Shown one piece after another: positions 57,444 through 64,000 of a stretch of DNA of 64,000 bases (position 1 is its first letter; the number at the start of each line of letters is the position of its first letter). Where the stretch lies: assembly GCA_964016885.1 (NCBI GenBank), contig OZ024764.1, positions 1,550,001 through 1,614,000 on the forward strand, in the 5' to 3' direction. A program made the position numbers and the translations under genes. This DNA is from Eledone cirrhosa. Lineage: Eukaryota. The notes below the pieces were generated by a model. That model worked only from the letters and a program-made list of their open reading frames with translations, did no database searches and was not told the DNA's origin.

Positions 57444-59144
57444 AGGTAACATGATATGAGGCCTAAAAACACTTGTCAACAGGAAAGTGTTCAGTCTACA
57501 TATGACAAAAATATACGAGTAAGAGAAAAATAGGAAAAATGAAGAAAAGGAAAGAAGAAGGAAAAAGAAATAGAAGAGAGGAAAAAAGGAAAAAAAAAAA
57601 GAAGGAAGAGAGAGAGGAGACTTTTGATCCGGAACGCTGTCAAAATGAAAACAGCTGTGAATAACAGCTAAAAATTAAATTAATGAGGTGTAATGTGCGA
57701 ATATTAGAGGTCTAAAATATAGAAACTGGGTATATTATTTTATATTGGGTTTAAATACTAAAACTTGGATTAAGAAGTGTAAAAATGTATTAAAAAATTA
57801 AATTAAATTAAAATAAAATAATTATAAAAAAGGTTTTTTAAAAAAAGTTTTAAAAAAAAGTTTTTAAAATAAAATAAAATAAGATAGAATAAAAAAAATA
57901 AAAATAAGAATAGTCTGTCTAAATTAAAAATTTCTATTAAAAATCTATATATGTGGGGTATACTATTTAATTATTATTTTATATCAACAAGTAAATAAAG
58001 GAAATATATAATTGTTTCTACTTTTGGCACAAGGCCAGCAATTAACCCAGTGTATTACTGGTACTTTATTTTATCGACCCCGAAAGGATGAAAGGCAAAG
58101 TTAACCTCGGCGAGATTTGAACTCAGAATGGCAAGGACCGTAACTCTATGCGTCAAAGCATGGCGTCCGACCCTCTACTGATACTGCCAATCCTCTGCCA
58201 TAAAGGAAATATATAATGATTTATAAACGTAGAAAAACATATGACGTCATAGTTTGTTTACAAAATCTACGAAGGTTTGAACGAAAATTTAAGGCTATAG
58301 AGAAAAAGGTGAATGGCTTAAAATATGCTGAGAAAACTGAATTGATACATTGTAAAATATAATGAAATATGTGTGAAAAAAATTAACTGTTATTTGTGGA
58401 ATATGTTATAGGACATTAGCTATATACTTTGTGGAAGGTCTTGAAGGATTTATGATTACAAAGACCAAATAAATCTGTACGTCTATTTATTATAGAGTTG
58501 AAATTCAAGATAATGGTAAATTTTTCAGTTAGACATAAATTACAAACACTAGATATGGAAGCATTGGAGTATGGAGAAGCGTTGCAGATTTTCATTCATC
58601 ATCATTTCATTTTACGTCCGCTTTTCCCTGTTTGCAAGGGTGGGACGGGAACTGATTCTGGCTTGATTTCTACAGCTGGATGCCCTTCCTAACACCAACC
58701 TCATTTACAGTGAGTGCTGGGTGATTTTTTGCCATGGCACCTCCACGACCACTTTGCAGTGGAATGATAGGGACCCCAGTCCCTATCATCTCATTTCTAC
58801 AGCTGAGTAAACTGGAGCAATGTGAAATAAAGTGTCTTGCTCAAGGAAACAACACATCACCCGGTCTGAGAATTGAACTCACAACCTTTCGATTGCAAGG
58901 CCAATGAAATTTCGTAATTAATGTTTTTGTCTTTTAAGGACCAAATAAGTTCTATATATATATAGGAAAAAGTTTAACCCCGATGGCAGAGCTCAAGCCG
59001 TTTCGACGGCTATTTCCGTCCAGAAATAGCCGTCGAAACGGCTTGAGCTCTGCCGTCGGGGTTAAACTTTTTCCTATTACCCACTCTACTACCCTAAGTA
59101 TTGAGTACTCTGGTGCGTTACGGTCCATCTGGTTCCTTACCACA

Positions 59145-59252
<108 letters not shown>

Positions 59253-59341
59253 ATGTAAAAGGTAAACAGAAATAACAACACAATCAGTACAGTATATGGA
59301 AGGTATATGTTAGGTTAGCGCTTGAAATAGCAGGAAGAGGG

Positions 59342-59377
59342 TCTTAACGTTTCGGACGCTAGTCCTTCATCAGAAGA
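59342..59377 (-). ncRNA. Ultra-minimal type I hammerhead motif (36 nt)
   Basis: Reverse complement: tctt-CTGATGA-aggac(tagc)gtcc-GAAA-cg-TT-aaga. Confidence 0.8.
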
Positions 59378-59476
59378 AAGAATGGGAAATAAGATAGATT
59401 GAGGGGACGGGTGGGGTGGAATTGAAAAAAAAATGTTTTCACATTCTGGTTCTCCCCCTCTTCTTCCCCTCCTCAG

Positions 59477-59632
59477 ATGAATGTCCACTGCGGGACCAGA
59501 AGAATCAGATATCAGGCACGAACCTCACCTGTGAACAGGTGTCCAAGCAGCATCAATGGGAGTGCTACCAGACAACAGTTGCTCAAGCCTGCTGCTACAC
59601 CTGTCCGATGAAGGCCTGCGATGGAAACACCT
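59477..59632 (+). CDS. Protease exon, PLAC/ShK-like Cys-rich repeat 1 (DECPLRDQ...WECYQTTVAQACCYTC)
   Basis: cctcag acceptor, gtacgt donor, phase 1 to 1. C..D...C...CY...CC.TC pattern. Confidence 0.88.
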
Positions 59633-59637
59633 GTACG

Positions 59638-60130
59638 TATCATCACCACCACCATCATCATCATCATCACCATCATCACCATCATCATCATCACCATGAT
59701 AACCATCATAACCATCATCATCATCATTATTATCATCATCACCACCACCATCATCACCATCATCATCATCACCATCATCATCATCAACATCATCATCATT
59801 ATCATCATCATCATCATCATCATCACCATCACCATAATTATCACCATCATCATCATCATTATCATCATCATCATTATCACCATCATCATCACCATCATCA
59901 TCACCATCATCATCACCATCATAATCATCATCACCATAATTATCACCATCATCACCATCACCACCACCACCATCATCATCATCATTATCATCATCATCAT
60001 TATCACCATCATCATCACCATCATCATCACCATCATCATCACCATCATAATCATCATCACCATAATTATCACCATCATCACCATCACCATCACCACCACC
60101 ACCATCATCATTATCACCATCATTACCATT
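59638..60130. repeat. (CAT/CAC)n microsatellite
   Basis: Starts a few bases after the exon 59477-59632 donor. Confidence 0.95.
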
Positions 60131-60253
60131 GTCATCGGTGTCATAAAAAAATAATAATAATGAAATTATTGTGAACAGTGTGTGAGTCATGATATACATG
60201 TGTGTGTGTGTATGGAGGGGGAATATTAGCTGTAGTGTTGGAGAATCGTCATC

Positions 60254-61520
60254 TAAAATTGTCAAGAGGGCCGAGGGTGTCTTAGCATCACTCAGCAAGA
60301 CCTTTGTCAGCCGCTCTCCAGATATCTATTTAAAGCTGTATATAGCTATGGTGTGGCCACACTTAGAATTTGCATCACCAGTCTGGAACCCCTATCTTGC
60401 TCAGAACATTGACCTCCTGGAAACTGTTCAGAGACGTGCAACCAAGCGAATACCCTCCATCAGGCATCTACCATACTCTGAACGCTTTGCTTCCCTGGAC
60501 ATGGATACATTGAAGCTCCGACGTCTGGCAACTGACTTGGTAAACACCCACAAAATTACTAACCATCTCGCCAACAACAACCCTGAGTACCTTTTTGATT
60601 TCCATGTGTCTAACAAAGTCAGAAAATAGCACAGCTCCCATGACTTTCGGAAACATTTTTTCACACTTACAGTTGCTGAAGCATGGAACAAACTACCTGC
60701 ATCAGTTGTTAGCTGTCGAGACACTGCATCCTTTAAAACCTCCATGGAACAAACTACCTGCATCAGTTGTTAGCTGTCGAGACACTGCATCCTTTAAAAC
60801 CTCCATGGAACAAACTACCTGCATCAGTTGTTAGCTGTCGAGACACTGCATCCTTTAAAACCTCCATGGAACAAACTACCTGCATCAGTTGTTAGCTGTC
60901 GAGATACTGCATCCTTTAAAACCTCCATGGAACAAACTACCTTCATCAGTTGTTAGCTGTCGAGACACTGCATCCTTTAAAACCTCCATGGAACAAACTA
61001 CCAGCATCAGTTGTTAGCTGTTGAGACACTGCATCCTTCAAAACCTCCATGGAACAAACTACCTGCATCAGTTGTTAGCTGTCGATACACTGCATCCTGT
61101 AAAACCTCCATGGAACAAACTACCTGCATCAGTTGTTAGCTGTCGAGACACTGCATCCTTTAAAACCTCCATGGAACAAACTACCTGCATCAGTTGTTAG
61201 CTGTCGAGACACTGCATCCTTTAAAACCTCCATGGAACAAACTACCTGCATCAGTTGTTAGCTGTCGAGATACTGCATCCTTTAAAACCTCCATGGAACA
61301 AACTACCTTCATCAGTTGTTAGCTGTCGAGACACTGCATCCTTTAAAACCTCCATGGAACAAACTACCTGCATCAGTTGTTAGCTGTCGAGGCACTGCAT
61401 CCTTTCAAACCTCCATGGACCAAACTACCTACGTCAGTTGTTAGCTGTCGAGACACTGCATCACGTATATCATGACTCATACGCTGTTCACTTTCCTGAC
61501 ATTTGTACATTATTCTATGT
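60254..61520 (+). mobile_element. CR1-like LINE 3' fragment with 61-bp tandem array (~13 units, 60682-61460)
   Basis: Same family as 35700-36900. Unit catggaacaaactacctgcatcagttgttagctgtcgagacactgcatcctttaaaacctc. Confidence 0.88.
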
Positions 61521-61946
61521 CGAGGTTAACTTTGCTTTTCATCCTTACGGGGTCGATAAAATAAAGTACCTGTAATCATCATTTTATGTCCGCTTTTTCC
61601 CTGCTTGCAAGGGTGGGACGGGAACTGATTCTGGCTTGATTTCTACAGCTGGATGCCCTTCCTAACACCAACCTCATTTACAGTGAGTGCTGGGTGCTTT
61701 TTTTCCATGTCGCCTCCACGACCACTTTGCAGTGGAATGATATGTACTGGGTAATTGCTAGCCTTGTGCCAAAAGTAGAAACAATTATTCTATGTACTAT
61801 ACAAGCAACTTTTATGAGTTGCAGTGCACCTGAGCACTGTAAAAAATAATTTCATTATATATTATATATATCATCGTTGTCATCATCCTGTCTGTCGTCC
61901 AGCCCCTGTGGTTCCATCCCATTCAAGTTGTTGTTCATATCCCCAG

Positions 61947-62069
61947 GTTGTAAATTTGACGACCGCCATTCCCAGTGCCGGAACTTCAGTTCCTACGCCT
62001 GTTACACACCAGATATAACGAAACTGTGTTGTGAGACCTGCAAAAAACACTGTAATACTAACATTCCCG
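61947..62069 (+). CDS. Protease exon, PLAC/ShK-like Cys-rich repeat 2 (CKFDDRHSQC...ACYTPDITKLCCETCKKHCNTNIPG)
   Basis: ccccag acceptor, gtatgt donor, phase 1 to 1. No stop codon, so the gene continues beyond this exon. Confidence 0.88.
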
Positions 62070-62104
62070 GTATGTATCTTTATTTATCATCATCATCATC
62101 ATCA

Positions 62105-64000
62105 TCGTTTAACATCCATCTTCCACGCTAGCATGGGTTGGACGGGCTGTCCATTTGTCAGGAATCAGGTCAAGGGACTGTGATTTCATTCACACAGAAC
62201 TGGTTTTGGCTTGGTTTCTACAGTGGGATTCACTTCCTAACGCCAACCACTTTACAGAGTGGACTGGGTGTTGTTTGTTGTGACACCTACATGACCACTT
62301 TACAGTGTGGCCTGGGTACTTTTTGTTGTGACACCTGCATGACCACTTTACAGTGTGGGCTTGGTACTTTTTGTTGTGACACCTACATGACCACTTTACA
62401 GTGTGGACTGGGTGCTTTTTGTTGTGACACCTACATGACCACTTTACAGTGTGGACTGGGTACTTTTTGTTGTGACACCTACATGACCACTTTACAGTGT
62501 GGCCTGGGTACTTTTTTTTTGTGACACCTACATGACCACTTTACAGTGTGGCCTGGGTACTTTTTGTTGTGACACCTACATGACCACTTTACAGTGTGGA
62601 CTGGGTACTTTTTGTTGTGACACCTACATGACCACTTTACAGTGTGGACTGGGTACTTTTTGTTGTGACACCTACATGACCACTTTACAGTGTGGACTGG
62701 GTACTTTTTGTTGTGACACCTACATGACCACTTTACAGTGTGAACTGGGTACTTTTTGTTGTGACACCTACATGACCACTTTACAGTGTGGACTGGGTAC
62801 TTTTTGTTGTGACACCTACATGACCACTTTACAGTGTGTACTGGGTACTTTTTGTTGTGACACCTATATGACCACTTTACAGTGTGGACTGGGTGTTGCT
62901 TGTTGTGACACCTACATGACCACTTTACAGTGTGGCCTGGGTACTTTTTGTTGTGACACCTACATGACCACTTTACAGTGTGGACTGGGTGTTGTTTGTT
63001 GTGACACCTACATGACCACTTTACAGTGTAGACTGGGTACTTTTTGTTGTGACACCTGCATGACCACTTTACAGTGTGGACTGGGTACTATTTGTTGTGA
63101 CACCTACATGACCACTTTACAGTGTGGACTGGGTACTTTTTGTTGTGACACCTACATGACCACTTTACAGTGTGAACTGGGTACTTTTTGTTGTGACACC
63201 TACATGACCACTTTACAGTGTGGACTGGGTACTTTTTGTTGTGACACCTACATGACCACTTTACAGTGTGGACTGGGTACTTTTTGTTGTGACACCTACA
63301 TGACCACTTTACAGTGTGTACTGGGTACTTTTTGTTGTGACACCTACATGACCACTTTACAGTGTGGACTGGGTGTTGCTTGTTGTGACACCTACATGAC
63401 CACTTTACAGTGTGGACTGGGTACTTTTTGTTGTGACACCTACATGACCACTTTACAGTGTGGACTGGGTACTATTTGTTGTGACACCTACATGACCACT
63501 TTACAGTGTGGCCTGGGTACTTTTTGTTGTGACACCTACATGACCACTTTACAGTGTGGACTGGGTACTTTTTGTTGTGACACCTACATGACCACTTTAC
63601 AGTGTGGACTGGGTAATTTTTGTTGTGACACCTACATGACCACTTGACAGTGTGGACTGGGTACTTTTTGTTGTGTCACCTACATGACCACTTTACAGTG
63701 TGAACTGGGTACTTTTTGTTGTGACACCTACATGACCACTTTACAGTGTGGACTGGGTACTTTTTGTTGTGACACCTACATGACCACTTTACAGTGTGTA
63801 CTGGGTACTTTTTGTTGTGACACCTATATGACCACTTTACAGTGTGGACTGGGTGTTGCTTGTTGTGACACCTACATGACCACTTTACAGTGTGGCCTGG
63901 GTACTTTTTGTTGTGACACCTACATGACCACTTTACAGTGTGGACTGGGTGTTGTTTGTTGTGACACCTACATGACCACTTTACAGTGTAGACTGGGTAC
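62105..64000 (-). repeat. 48-bp tandem array (~36 units) grown inside a SINE-like element
   Basis: Unit gtgacacctacatgaccactttacagtgtggactgggtactttttgtt. Related monomeric sequence at 27330-27430 and 56850-56945. Confidence 0.92.

Noticed and set aside
59633-60174. Poly-His extension of the ORF covering exon 59477
   Set aside because: Read-through past the gtacgt donor into a (CAT)n microsatellite.
62138-63647. Cys-rich 16-aa repeat ORF (CCDTYMTTLQCGLGTF) resembling a metallothionein or keratin-associated protein
   Set aside because: It is a 48-bp satellite derived from a SINE interior, frameshifted near 62515, and lies in an intron.

Overview
AT-rich, repeat-dense animal genomic DNA. The SINE and microsatellite content suggests an octopus or other coleoid cephalopod, which is an inference. 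Almost all ORFs in the supplied track are microsatellite or satellite artefacts. One real protein-coding gene can be assembled by hand on the + strand from 11 small GT-AG, phase-consistent exons (13389-62069). It encodes an ADAMTS/MIG-17-like M12B (reprolysin) metalloprotease: HELAHSLGARHD zinc motif, Met-turn, ADAM cysteine-rich domain, then PLAC/ShK-like Cys-rich repeats. Its 5' and 3' ends were not found in the window. The introns hold tRNA-derived SINEs, LINE fragments (CR1-like, RTE, CRE/RLE), Helitron derivatives, a deleted mariner, a piggyBac-like MITE and many satellites built from TE pieces. The most striking signal is about 19 type I hammerhead ribozyme motifs with intact cores, belonging to many sequence-unrelated short non-coding modules. 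Most sit beside (TA)n tracts, many are in inverted duplications, and most have palindromic minimal stem III. This matches non-autonomous Penelope-like elements or retrozymes. There is also a weak candidate antisense gene nested in the largest intron.
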